A DNA stretch of 64,000 bases, from assembly GCA_964570585.1 (NCBI GenBank), contig CAZMYR010000002.1, forward strand, positions 7,313 to 71,312, given 5' to 3'. Shown one piece after another: positions 28,764-38,356 of the stretch. Positions within the stretch are counted from its first letter, which is position 1; every line of letters begins with the position of its first letter. Both the position numbers and the translations under genes were made by a program. Source of the DNA: an uncultured Planctomycetia bacterium (GTDB lineage Bacteria > Omnitrophota > Gorgyraeia > JABMRG01 > JAFGKX01). The notes under the pieces are model-generated. The model did not search any database, was not told where the DNA came from, and was given only the letters and a program-made list of their open reading frames with translations.

Positions 28764-29821
28764 TTTTCAATCTGCTTTATAATTCTCTTGATAAAAACTT
28801 TTGTATCATATTTTTTCGCCTGTCTTATGCAGGCGTCTTTATATTTTTCAGGACCTTTGCCTATTTCCCTAATAGCTTGGATTAATTTTTCCTCATCAAT
28901 ATCATCAATCAGTTTTCCTGTGACGCCGTCAATAACAGTTTCTTTATAGCCTCCCTCATTTGGTGCAATTACCGGCTTCCCTGAAGCCATTGCCTCAACA
29001 GGGGCCATGCCAAAATCTTCATCTCTTGTAGTTGTTATAAAGCCTTTACAATTTGCGTATAAATCAGCTATTTTTTTTCTGTCGAATACTGGCCCTGCAA
29101 AAATTATATTTTTCGTAGAATTTCTTTTAAGGTTCTCAAAATAATCCTTAAATTCTTTAGAACTGTCTCCGACTATCATTAACTGTTCAGTTCGGATTTT
29201 ACGGAATGTTTTTATTATTAGTTCAATTCTCTTATAAGGGTCGATTCTACTAACAGATAACCAATAGTTTTTATTAGGGCCGTATTTAAATTCGCCTATA
29301 GCCACAGGATGATTTACAATATTGCAACTTCTCTTGTAATATTTCTTAATTCTTTCCTTTACGGTATAGCTTGGTGCAATAATCTTTTGAATATTTTTAA
29401 CCGCTTTTTTATCAAAATATATTTGTATTTCTTTAATCGGTTGTTTAATTATATTAAGTAAGCCTTTTTTAAAATGTCGTAAATCATACAATCCCCTTAA
29501 GGGACTAAAACAGTACCACAAATTTGGAGAATGATTCTTTGAAGCATAAATTGAGTAAGAACCTCCCAAAATATATAAGCCATAACCGGCAATTTTTATA
29601 AATGAAAATCTTAGTTGGGTTAAAATCTGTTTTAGGTATTTTATATTTAGCACAGACCCCACCGATTTAATTCTGATATCAGAAAAACCCATTTCCCGGA
29701 TTTTGTTCCTGTTAATATTTGTAGTGAAAATAGTTGCATTGAAGCCTCTGGCCATATACAGCAAAGTTATTTCTGCCCCTCCGATTTCGTCAAAGTAATC
29801 GTGAAAAATAGCAATTTTCAC
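28760..29821 (-). CDS. Glycosyltransferase family 4
   Basis: IGGAE, EDFGMAPVEAMASGKPVI. Confidence 0.9.
   Translation of the reverse strand: MKIAIFHDYFDEIGGAEITLLYMARGFNATIFTTNINRNKIREMGFSDIRIKSVGSVLNIKYLKQILTQLRFSFIKIAGYGLYILGGSYSIYASKNHSPNLWYCFSPLRGLYDLRHFKKGLLNIIKQPIKEIQIYFDKKAVKNIQKIIAPSYTVKERIKKYYKRSCNIVNHPVAIGEFKYGPNKNYWLSVSRIDPYKRIELIIKTFRKIRTEQLMIVGDSSKEFKDYFENLKRNSTKNIIFAGPVFDRKKIADLYANCKGFITTTRDEDFGMAPVEAMASGKPVIAPNEGGYKETVIDGVTGKLIDDIDEEKLIQAIREIGKGPEKYKDACIRQAKKYDTKVFIKRIIKQIEK
28821..29047. repeat. 227-bp direct repeat, second copy at 29876-30102
   Basis: Identical C-terminal nucleotide-binding region of two adjacent GT4 genes (offset 1055). Confidence 0.9.
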
Positions 29822-30897
29822 CGAAGCTGTTCCTTTATTTTGTCAATAAAAACTTTTGTATCAAACTTTTTTGCTTGTCTTATGCAGGCGTCTTTATATT
29901 TTTCAGGACCTTTGCCTATTTCCCTAATAGCTTGGATTAATTTTTCCTCATCAATATCATCAATCAGTTTTCCTGTGACGCCGTCAATAACAGTTTCTTT
30001 ATAGCCTCCCTCATTTGGTGCAATTACCGGCTTCCCTGAAGCCATTGCCTCAACAGGGGCCATGCCAAAATCTTCATCTCTTGTAGTTGTTATAAAGCCT
30101 TTGCAGTTTGCATATAAATTAGTTAGTTGTTTATGCTCAATCCAGCTTATGATTTCTATATTTTTTGGTTTTATTAATTTAATGCGATTTGCATAGGCTT
30201 GGAAATGTTTAGATTTTTCATATGAACCTACAATAACAAGTTTTTCATTGGGTAATTTTTGGAAAGCTTTTATTTGGATATCGATTCTCTTGTGATAAAA
30301 AAGCCTATTAACAGAAAACCAATAGCCCCCTGTTTCTTTATAATAATATTTTGATGTTTCAACAGGAGGATTAATTACTACCGCCTCTTTTTTCAGATAT
30401 TTTTTGATTCTTTCTTTAGTATTCTCTGAATTGCAAATTATTTTATCAACATGCCTAACATATTTTTTATTAAGATAGCGATTATATCCAACCCAGATAT
30501 CGAAAATCCAGCGCAGGGGAAAGGGAACAATATTTTGTCTCGTATATCTGTACAAATCCCAGATTTCTCTTATCGGTGAATGGGCATACCATAAATTGGG
30601 CTTATTATTGACTGCGCCAGACATTGCCCAATCACCATCAATAATATAAAAATCATACATTATTCCCAGATTAAGTTTTCTGAATTTCCTCAAAGTTTCT
30701 TGATGCCTAAAGGGCGCGTTTATCGGTATTTTCCCGATTGATTTTAGTTTTATATCAGGAAAGCCCATTTTTCTGATTTTATCTTCATCTATGTTTGTAG
30801 TATAGAAATCCGCATTTAATTCTCTTGCCAATGTCAAGCCAACTATCTCCGCTCCTCCAATATTGTCCATGAAATTATGAAATACTGCTATTTTCAT
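29818..30897 (-). CDS. Glycosyltransferase family 4
   Basis: IGGAE, EDFGMAPVEAMASGKPVI. Confidence 0.9.
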   Translation of the reverse strand: MKIAVFHNFMDNIGGAEIVGLTLARELNADFYTTNIDEDKIRKMGFPDIKLKSIGKIPINAPFRHQETLRKFRKLNLGIMYDFYIIDGDWAMSGAVNNKPNLWYAHSPIREIWDLYRYTRQNIVPFPLRWIFDIWVGYNRYLNKKYVRHVDKIICNSENTKERIKKYLKKEAVVINPPVETSKYYYKETGGYWFSVNRLFYHKRIDIQIKAFQKLPNEKLVIVGSYEKSKHFQAYANRIKLIKPKNIEIISWIEHKQLTNLYANCKGFITTTRDEDFGMAPVEAMASGKPVIAPNEGGYKETVIDGVTGKLIDDIDEEKLIQAIREIGKGPEKYKDACIRQAKKFDTKVFIDKIKEQLR

Positions 30898-30906
30898 TTT
30901 TTGTTC

Positions 30907-32043
30907 TTATTTTGCTTTGATTCCTAATATGCTTAGCATAAAAGAGGAGAATATTGTTTGGATTCCTATGATGATTAAAGTTAAGGCAAGGATTGAATTT
31001 TTAATTTCATTTAATGCTACAAAACCTGTATTTATCCATTTGAGAAACAGTATCCCATAAATAATTATTCCTGATAATACAATTAATATTCCAAAAATGC
31101 TCGCTTTTTCTATCGTTATATAGTTATAAAGTTTATCAAATATTGGTTTATCACCTAAATAATTTATTGAATAGGTTTTTGCAAACAGAGAGAAAATGAT
31201 TAACTGGTAACCTATTATAATCAGTAACGAAGATAAAAACATTGGATGATAAAATAATTTTATCCCCAGAATGCTTGGAGAGCCAAAATACAGCCAAAAC
31301 ATTGAAATTAAACCTATCCAAAAAAGTAAAAACCCTGGAATGAAGAATAAAAATAACGGACTATGCAGTAACATAAATCTTAAATGTCGCCAGCCGTCTG
31401 CAAAGGATTTTAGTTTTGATTCACCTTTTCTTTTATAATAGTTGATTGGCAGTTCTTTTATTTTTAGTTTCTTCTTTATAGCCATAATAACCATTTCGGA
31501 GGCGAATTCCATTCCCGTTGTTCTCAAGTTAAGTTTTTTTAATGCTTTATTAGTTATGGCCCTCATGCCGCAGTGGGCATCATGTATTTTTGCTTTAAAA
31601 AATAATCTTAAAATTCCCGAAAGTATCGGATTTCCTACATATTTGTGAGGCCAGGACATCGCCCCTTTTTCTATTTTTCCCTTAAATCTATTTCCAATAA
31701 TAAAATCAGAGCCTTTTTTAAGCTGACCAATAAATCCTGGAATTTCATTAAAATCGTAACTTCCATCAGAATCAGCAAGAAAGAGGTATTTTCCTTTAGC
31801 AGTCTGGAAACCTTTTAAACATGCAGAGCCGTAACCTCTTTCTTTTTCATGAACAAGTTCAACTTGCATATCTTTCGCAATTTTGCAACTGTTATCGATA
31901 GAGCCATTGTCTATAACTATTATCTCTGCGGTGAGATTATTTTCTTCAATAACTTTTTTTATTTTCTCAAGACAGGCACCAAGAGCTCGCTCTTCATTTA
32001 AGCAGGGAAGAATTACGCTCAATTCTGGATTTTTATCAACCAT
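30907..32043 (-). CDS. Polyprenol-phosphate glycosyltransferase (GT2, DPM-like, C-terminal TMs)
   Basis: LPCLNEE, DNGSID, LADSDGSY, DAHCGMR, GMEFASEM, four C-terminal TMs. Confidence 0.9.
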   Translation of the reverse strand: MVDKNPELSVILPCLNEERALGACLEKIKKVIEENNLTAEIIVIDNGSIDNSCKIAKDMQVELVHEKERGYGSACLKGFQTAKGKYLFLADSDGSYDFNEIPGFIGQLKKGSDFIIGNRFKGKIEKGAMSWPHKYVGNPILSGILRLFFKAKIHDAHCGMRAITNKALKKLNLRTTGMEFASEMVIMAIKKKLKIKELPINYYKRKGESKLKSFADGWRHLRFMLLHSPLFLFFIPGFLLFWIGLISMFWLYFGSPSILGIKLFYHPMFLSSLLIIIGYQLIIFSLFAKTYSINYLGDKPIFDKLYNYITIEKASIFGILIVLSGIIIYGILFLKWINTGFVALNEIKNSILALTLIIIGIQTIFSSFMLSILGIKAK

Positions 32044-32082
32044 TTTAGTGTTTAAAGATAAGCAACAGGCGTTTCAATATTT

Positions 32083-32472
32083 TTAAATCCCTTTCATGTA
32101 TTTAATAAATACCTCTTTTCTAATTCTATATCTATCATAAAGATATCTACTTTTATAGGGTTCAGGGGGCCGGTAAGGAACACGGGCACCTTGGTAATGA
32201 AAATATACAAAGAAGGGTTTATCTTTATTCTCTTTAATCCAATCTATTGTCTTAAGGGTTAATCAATGAACCTTTATTTTAGGCCAACCTTTTATATAGA
32301 CTAAATCAAAACCATCTCTAATATCTACCATATCAATGCCGCCGTGATTAGTGAACAGAGCAGACCTGAAACTTTTTTGTTTCAAGAGTTGAGGTAATGT
32401 TTTTATGGATGGGTTTAGAGACATATTCCATCCTTTAACCGGGCTAATCTTCATATTAGTTTTTCCTTCCAC
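32083..32472 (-). pseudogene. Sulfatase gene fragment with an in-frame TGA
   Basis: TLPQLLKQ...DGFD...VH*LTLKTIDWIKENKDKPFFVYFHYQGARVPYRPPEPY; both ends missing. Confidence 0.65.
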
Positions 32473-32763
32473 CTAACAAAACCTTTTTTCTTAAAATCAT
32501 ATAAATCCAGAAATATATAATATAAAAGAATGTATAAAAAGAAACCATGATTAAAATTAGCCACTTAGATATGCTTCTTTTTCTACTGCAATTTTGTTGA
32601 AGATATTCTTGCGCATTATTCAAAGTAAATTCCAAAAGTTCCGCTTCCTCTTTTCTTTCTAATATCATGGGTGTTTTCATCTTTTCTAAGCAAATTTGCT
32701 CTTTGCCCTGTTATAGATATCGAAGCGCCTCCTAAAATTATCACTTTCCCTGGGTCTTCTGTC

Positions 32764-33792
32764 TTAATCCTTCTGGCGATTTCCTCTCCTTAATTGTTTT
32801 TCGATAAATATCTTATATCTATAATCTCCCATTAAATCGAAAACGTCCTTGTCTGAAATTTGTCTTATGGATTGTATGCTGGCTCTCTTTTTCAATGTTT
32901 CATGAATATGTAATGCATTCCATAGCCATGCTGCCAGAAAAGATAAATAATACTGAAACTTCATCTTTTTAATGCCTTTGATATTATAAATTATCCTATT
33001 TATTCTTTGTTTTAAAAGTTTGGGCAATACTCTTATTAATGTCCTGGTCTCGTAGTTTTTTAACAATGTCAAAATTCTGTTTCTCTCTGTGAAAAATCGT
33101 ACTACCAAAGAATCTCTCTTCATGGTGACTCCGAATTTATGATAAACTACTGACTCAGGCACATATACTGCCTTAAAACCTATCAGGTTCGCTCTCCAGG
33201 CATAATCTAAATCCTCGTAAAGGTAGAAGTAATCTTTATCAAAGCATCCGATTCTTTCTATTATCTCTTTTTTAGTCAGCATCGCTGCTGAACAGCCGAA
33301 AAAGATATTTTTCTTGTTGTCATATTGATATCTATCTTCTTCAAAGACACCCCGTCCCCACCCATCGCCGTATATATTGACTGCACCGCCTGCACTATTT
33401 ATCTGTTTTTTGTTATGGAGAAAAAGGACTTTAGGAGAACATATAGCAATGTTACCGTTGCTGCTCATAGTATCCACCAGGGGCCTTAACCAGTTCGCTT
33501 CGACCTCTACATCGTTATCTAAAAAGGCTATCAGGCCGCCTTTAGCAATCTTTATACCAATATTTCTGGATTCTGCCGGGCCTAAAGTCTTTTTATTTCG
33601 AATTATCTTCACGGAAGGAAATTTATGTTTTATGAAATCTACAGAATCATCAGAGGATGCATCATCTACCAATATAATCTCCAGTTTCTGTTTAGGGTAG
33701 TCAATATCCATTAGAGACAAAAGGCATCGAGCTAAGTATTGCCTGCTGTTAAGACTGGCTATTATAATAGATACAAATGGCAAATCTTTCAT
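32764..33792 (-). CDS. Glycosyltransferase family 2
   Basis: VDDASSD, FLDNDV, YEDLDYAWR. Confidence 0.9.
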   Translation of the reverse strand: MKDLPFVSIIIASLNSRQYLARCLLSLMDIDYPKQKLEIILVDDASSDDSVDFIKHKFPSVKIIRNKKTLGPAESRNIGIKIAKGGLIAFLDNDVEVEANWLRPLVDTMSSNGNIAICSPKVLFLHNKKQINSAGGAVNIYGDGWGRGVFEEDRYQYDNKKNIFFGCSAAMLTKKEIIERIGCFDKDYFYLYEDLDYAWRANLIGFKAVYVPESVVYHKFGVTMKRDSLVVRFFTERNRILTLLKNYETRTLIRVLPKLLKQRINRIIYNIKGIKKMKFQYYLSFLAAWLWNALHIHETLKKRASIQSIRQISDKDVFDLMGDYRYKIFIEKQLRRGNRQKD

Positions 33793-34616
33793 AAGCTGTC
33801 CTTAAGTAATTTCTTAAAATCAAAATAAGCAGAACATGGAAAAGTCAATATGCCAATAAAGATAAATTCAAATCTTCTGCTTTTAATATCCTCTAATATC
33901 AATTTTAAACAATTGATGAAGTTAAATATCAGGCGCGATATATATTTAGGTTTGTAATCATAAAATTGCCAGCTCCAGTAAGTTTTTAAAACGGAGCCTA
34001 TTGTGTCTTTTTTAATGTGTCTTGCTACGGCATCGGGGTTATAAATCAAATCAAAATCTTTTTTCTTTAATCTCAAGGAGAGATCCACATCTTCATAATT
34101 TTTCCTAAACTTTTCGGCATTGTAAAGCCCGACTTTCGCAAATATCTCTTTTCTTATAGCTATGTTACTCCCAACCAAAAAGATAGGATTAACCTTTCGT
34201 TTGTCCCCCCAATGTTGCTTTAAATGAGCTGCCCTCCATCGGTATTCAATTTTTTCATTGTTTTCATCCAGCAATCTTCCTCCTACAGCTGCTATATTTG
34301 GCTTAAGAAAATCCTCCATACACCTTTGAAGCCATGCCGGTTCAATCAGACAGTCCGCATCTATTGCGGCTATAAAATCACCTTTTGCTTCCATAACAGC
34401 GGTATTTCTTGCAGCCGCAATGCCTCTGTTATATCTATGTCTTATTAATTTAACAGGGAACTTAGAAACAATCTCAGCGGTCTTATCCGCTGAACCATCA
34501 TCTACTACTATTACTTCTTCTATCGGATAAATCTGCTCCAATACCTTCTCAATGCATCTTTCAAGATATATTGCGCTGTTATAAGATGGAATATACAGGG
34601 AAACTCTTCCTACCAT
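33789..34616 (-). CDS. Glycosyltransferase family 2
   Basis: IPSYN, VDDGSAD, AIDADC, YEDVDLSLR. Confidence 0.9.
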   Translation of the reverse strand: MVGRVSLYIPSYNSAIYLERCIEKVLEQIYPIEEVIVVDDGSADKTAEIVSKFPVKLIRHRYNRGIAAARNTAVMEAKGDFIAAIDADCLIEPAWLQRCMEDFLKPNIAAVGGRLLDENNEKIEYRWRAAHLKQHWGDKRKVNPIFLVGSNIAIRKEIFAKVGLYNAEKFRKNYEDVDLSLRLKKKDFDLIYNPDAVARHIKKDTIGSVLKTYWSWQFYDYKPKYISRLIFNFINCLKLILEDIKSRRFEFIFIGILTFPCSAYFDFKKLLKDSL

Positions 34617-34650
34617 TATATGTCTTCGGTTTTAATCGTTCCTGAAAAAT

Positions 34651-34679
34651 ATTGTATGCTAAAAATAGTTGAAATTCAA
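34651..34679 (-). promoter_or_regulatory. Putative internal sigma70 promoter
   Basis: TTGAAT-17 nt-TACAAT about 35 bp upstream of ATG 34616. Confidence 0.45.
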
Positions 34680-34759
34680 TAAATAGGCAAGGCTCCTCAA
34701 AATATGGTATACTATAACAAAAACCAAGGGAAAAACAAAGAGATATTTGCTTTTTATCC

Positions 34760-36616
34760 CTAAAAAGATAGTTCTTGCATGTAAGTCTCATGCCAGAGTT
34801 GAAACATTACCAAGGCCCAAATTTTCTTATGATTATCTCTTATTCCCTTATTATGTTCGTGCAGGAGTTGGCGTATATAAGAATAATCAAAAAGACCTAT
34901 TTTATTTATTTTTTCTTTGCTAAGTATCTCTTGAACGAAGTTATTTAATCCCTCTTTAATCCACTGCCTTAAGGGAAGGCCAAAACCCTGTTTTTTCTTA
35001 TTAATAATCTCCTTGGGCAAGATGTCCACTGCTACCCTCCTTAATAAATACTTAGTAGTAAATCCATTCAATTTATAAGAGGTTGGCAAACTGAACATAA
35101 ATTCCGCTAACCGATGATTTAAATAAGGCAATCTTATTTGGAGAGAATTTGCTTTAGTTAACTGCTCCAGTTTTACCAATAAATCATCAGCTAAATATGT
35201 CTTGATATCTAAATACTGTAAGCTCCTTATAAAATCATTATTATGCCAAATATTACCCAATTCCTCTGCTTCTTCAAAAATATTAGTTTTACTTAATATT
35301 TCTCTAAGCCAAGGCTGATATAATTTTAATCTTTCTCCAGGATTAAACGCACCCAACCAGATTATATCGCGCATATAAGTAGAAAAGGGAATTCCTTCAA
35401 TAAATTTCTTGGCTCGATAAGCTAATCCATAGTAGCCTTGAGGAACAGGCAACTTGTGAATTATCCTTTCTAATATATCCCTCCTTATTGGCAGAGGAAC
35501 CAATTTATATATAGGAACCAGCTTATGGGCACAAAGAGTAGGATAACCTAACCCCAACTCATCTGCCCCCTCTCCTCCAATGGCTACTTTAGCATATTTG
35601 CGAGTAAGTTTCGAAAGAAAATAGGTAGGGAAAACCGAAGGGTCAGCCAGGGGTTCATCCAAGGCCTTTCTTACCTCGGGTAGAATACTTAACAAATCCT
35701 TAAAAGAAAAGATTTCTTTATGGTGCTGGGTATCGAAGAGATTAGAAGCTTTTTCAGAAAAGCGCGATTCATCATAATAATTTTCACGAAAGCCAATGGA
35801 AAATGTTTTTATTCTATCTTTGGTAATTTCTTTTAAATAGGCCACCATTAAACTGGAATCTAAGCCGCCACTTAAAAAAACCCCAAAAGGGCCACTCTCC
35901 TTAATATAACTGCGTAAGGAATCTTTAAATATGCCCTTAAATCTATCCACACTATCTTTAAACTTTAATCTATTTATGTTAAAATCAACACTCAGATCCC
36001 AGTATTTCCTGAGTTCAGTTTTATTTTTCTTAAATAAAATCATATACCCGGGAGAAAGCCTGCTTATAGAATCAATAATCGACTCCGTCCCCATTATATA
36101 TCCAGAAATCAGATACCTATCTAAGGAAAGAAAATTTACCCTGGGAGAGATATTTGAGATTTTAAGCAAGGTTTTAAGTTGAGAAGAAAACAATAATCTC
36201 CCCCTCGATTGCGTATAATATAAACGCTTAAACCCCATTCTATCCCGTCCCAACAAGCCCAATTTATTTCTCTTATCCCAAATGCCCAAAGAAAACACCC
36301 CTTCTAAATGTTGCAAACAATCCAAACCGTATTCCTCATAGAGATGAACAATAATCTCTGGACAGGTCCTGTTTGAGAAGATATGCCCTCTTGTTTCTAA
36401 CTCGGAGACTAACTCCGAAGTATTGTAAATCTCTCCCTCAAACACAACATAAATTCCTTTATTTTCATCGCTCATAGAATTAAGTTCTGGCTGATCTGTC
36501 CCCAGTAGACAATTATCCTTGATTATCACACCCCCTTCCCCGGAATCTAATTGATAAGGCCTCACATCAATTACCTCATCTATATTGTTTCCCATTACTC
36601 CCCATATTGCCGACAC
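34760..36616 (-). CDS. Asparagine-synthetase-like ATP-dependent amide ligase with a degenerate glutaminase domain
   Basis: FLSGGLDSS, GGEGADE, KKQGFGLP intact; N-terminus MSAIWG instead of MCGI; no HRGPD. Confidence 0.85.
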   Translation of the reverse strand: MSAIWGVMGNNIDEVIDVRPYQLDSGEGGVIIKDNCLLGTDQPELNSMSDENKGIYVVFEGEIYNTSELVSELETRGHIFSNRTCPEIIVHLYEEYGLDCLQHLEGVFSLGIWDKRNKLGLLGRDRMGFKRLYYTQSRGRLLFSSQLKTLLKISNISPRVNFLSLDRYLISGYIMGTESIIDSISRLSPGYMILFKKNKTELRKYWDLSVDFNINRLKFKDSVDRFKGIFKDSLRSYIKESGPFGVFLSGGLDSSLMVAYLKEITKDRIKTFSIGFRENYYDESRFSEKASNLFDTQHHKEIFSFKDLLSILPEVRKALDEPLADPSVFPTYFLSKLTRKYAKVAIGGEGADELGLGYPTLCAHKLVPIYKLVPLPIRRDILERIIHKLPVPQGYYGLAYRAKKFIEGIPFSTYMRDIIWLGAFNPGERLKLYQPWLREILSKTNIFEEAEELGNIWHNNDFIRSLQYLDIKTYLADDLLVKLEQLTKANSLQIRLPYLNHRLAEFMFSLPTSYKLNGFTTKYLLRRVAVDILPKEIINKKKQGFGLPLRQWIKEGLNNFVQEILSKEKINKIGLFDYSYIRQLLHEHNKGIRDNHKKIWALVMFQLWHETYMQELSF

Positions 36617-36619
36617 TCT

Positions 36620-38356
36620 TTACTCCTTTTCTCTTTTATAAATATAGTAAACAACATTATCTTCATCTTCTTCTCTACCTTCTCTGACTACTCTGCCAGC
36701 CAAATAAAAATCTGAACGGGCCTCTTTTAGTTTTCTTAATAATAGAGACATCTGCTGTCTGTATTTATTTGAAAGATAAAGATTTCTTAACTTTCCACCG
36801 TGGATTTCCTTGAATAATTCTATAAATTTTTCTCCCCCTGGCCACCTTACAGAACTATTCCTGGGCACTTGTAATAGAATAAAATCTATAGAATCAAAAT
36901 CTCTAAGAAAATATTCGTGCGTCTCAGTTAAACTAAATGGCCTCAGATTATTGTTTTTTAACCTTAGCCAATATAACATCTCCAATGTACTTGGTCTATT
37001 TCCGCAATTAATGAAACCTATCCCAATAGGGTGAGCTAAATGAGCATGAGAATTTATAATTTTAACAACTTCTTCTACTTTGAAATCCCGATAATGAGGC
37101 ACAGCTCCATAATGTGTGCCTCCGAATATTTTTATAGGGCCCAAAGAAAAATTTCGATAGTTCCAATCACAATAGGAAAGGACGCAAAACTGAGTTAAGG
37201 AAAAGGCTGCTATTATAGAAAAAAAAGGAATTTTTACCCACCTCTTTCTTATATTGCCCAGACCAAAGGCAGTGAACAGAGCTATAACTGGCAAAATAGG
37301 CATAAGAAAGCGGGGATGCTTTACCGTAAATATTAAGCTAAACAGAAGAAAAGGAACTATTAGCCAGAGTAAATACAGCCACTTAAATCTTACTTTACGC
37401 CTTAAAAAAGCAATTAAAGAAAACAAAAATGGAATAAAAAGAAATATCCCTAAAGAAGAATCGGTTAATCTCCTCAGATGCCAAGTCAAACTGCCTAAAG
37501 AATATTTCTTCCCCCCTTCCAGTATGGGATCTAATCTCTCTGGGCTACAAAAAATATGCCCCATAAGATAAGCTATTGTTTTTAGAATCTTATTTCCCCA
37601 CCATATAGAGCCAATTAATCCAGCAACAACTACAAAGATAGCTATATTCTGCAACTGTTTTGAACCTAAAGAAAATTTCTTATTTAGCCTTTTTGAATCT
37701 CCAAAAGCTCTGTAGATTACCCACAGAACTGGCCAGGTAATAAATAATACCATTTGTCCCTTAATTAACATCCCCCATCCCAAAGATAGCCCTAAAAACA
37801 GGCTGTATTTAGTGTTTTTGAAATAGTTACATTTCAATAAAAATAAAATCGACAGGGTAACCATTGCGGTTAAGGGGAAATCTAAACCAAATTGTCGAGA
37901 ACTCTCAAATATAAGAGGATACATAAATAATATAAAAGCCGCCATAAGGCCTATAGCTCTTGAGTGCAACTCTTTGCCGATAAAGTAAATAGCTATAAGC
38001 AAGATTACAAGATAAGGAAATATAGCCAGTTTAGCAGATAACAAGGATTTTCCTAAAAGAAGGTAAGATGCAGCTGCGGTTAGGTTTAACCCATTAGGCC
38101 AGTAGAGTACACTACTAAACTGAACCGGGTTACCTATTAGTCTAAATACCTTTATTATCTTTGCCAAAAAAGTTTCATTACTAACAAAAATAATATTGGA
38201 AAAGTCATAGAAAAAGTTTATAGAGTAAAGTAGATGATTTTGAGAATCTACCCCATTTATAGAATTGTCTTCCATAGCCCACATATAATTGACCATTACA
38301 GTAGCTGTTATAAACAAAACCATTATAAAGGAAGTGATATTTAAAGATTTGTTCAT
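36620..38356 (-). CDS. ArnT/PMT-like GT-C glycosyltransferase (tandem paralog 1)
   Basis: GVDSQNH, SSRQFGLDFP, GMLIKG, PRFLMPILP, many TMs. Confidence 0.85.
   Translation of the reverse strand: MNKSLNITSFIMVLFITATVMVNYMWAMEDNSINGVDSQNHLLYSINFFYDFSNIIFVSNETFLAKIIKVFRLIGNPVQFSSVLYWPNGLNLTAAASYLLLGKSLLSAKLAIFPYLVILLIAIYFIGKELHSRAIGLMAAFILFMYPLIFESSRQFGLDFPLTAMVTLSILFLLKCNYFKNTKYSLFLGLSLGWGMLIKGQMVLFITWPVLWVIYRAFGDSKRLNKKFSLGSKQLQNIAIFVVVAGLIGSIWWGNKILKTIAYLMGHIFCSPERLDPILEGGKKYSLGSLTWHLRRLTDSSLGIFLFIPFLFSLIAFLRRKVRFKWLYLLWLIVPFLLFSLIFTVKHPRFLMPILPVIALFTAFGLGNIRKRWVKIPFFSIIAAFSLTQFCVLSYCDWNYRNFSLGPIKIFGGTHYGAVPHYRDFKVEEVVKIINSHAHLAHPIGIGFINCGNRPSTLEMLYWLRLKNNNLRPFSLTETHEYFLRDFDSIDFILLQVPRNSSVRWPGGEKFIELFKEIHGGKLRNLYLSNKYRQQMSLLLRKLKEARSDFYLAGRVVREGREEDEDNVVYYIYKREKE

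Noticed and set aside
32263-32265. TGA read-through or alternative genetic code in the sulfatase fragment
   Set aside because: TGA terminates intact genes elsewhere (e.g. 3988, 25082, 49821) and the fragment is truncated at both ends; pseudogene is simpler.
32456-32680. 74-aa ORF between the GT2 gene and the sulfatase fragment
   Set aside because: No recognisable motif; probably part of the decayed junction region.
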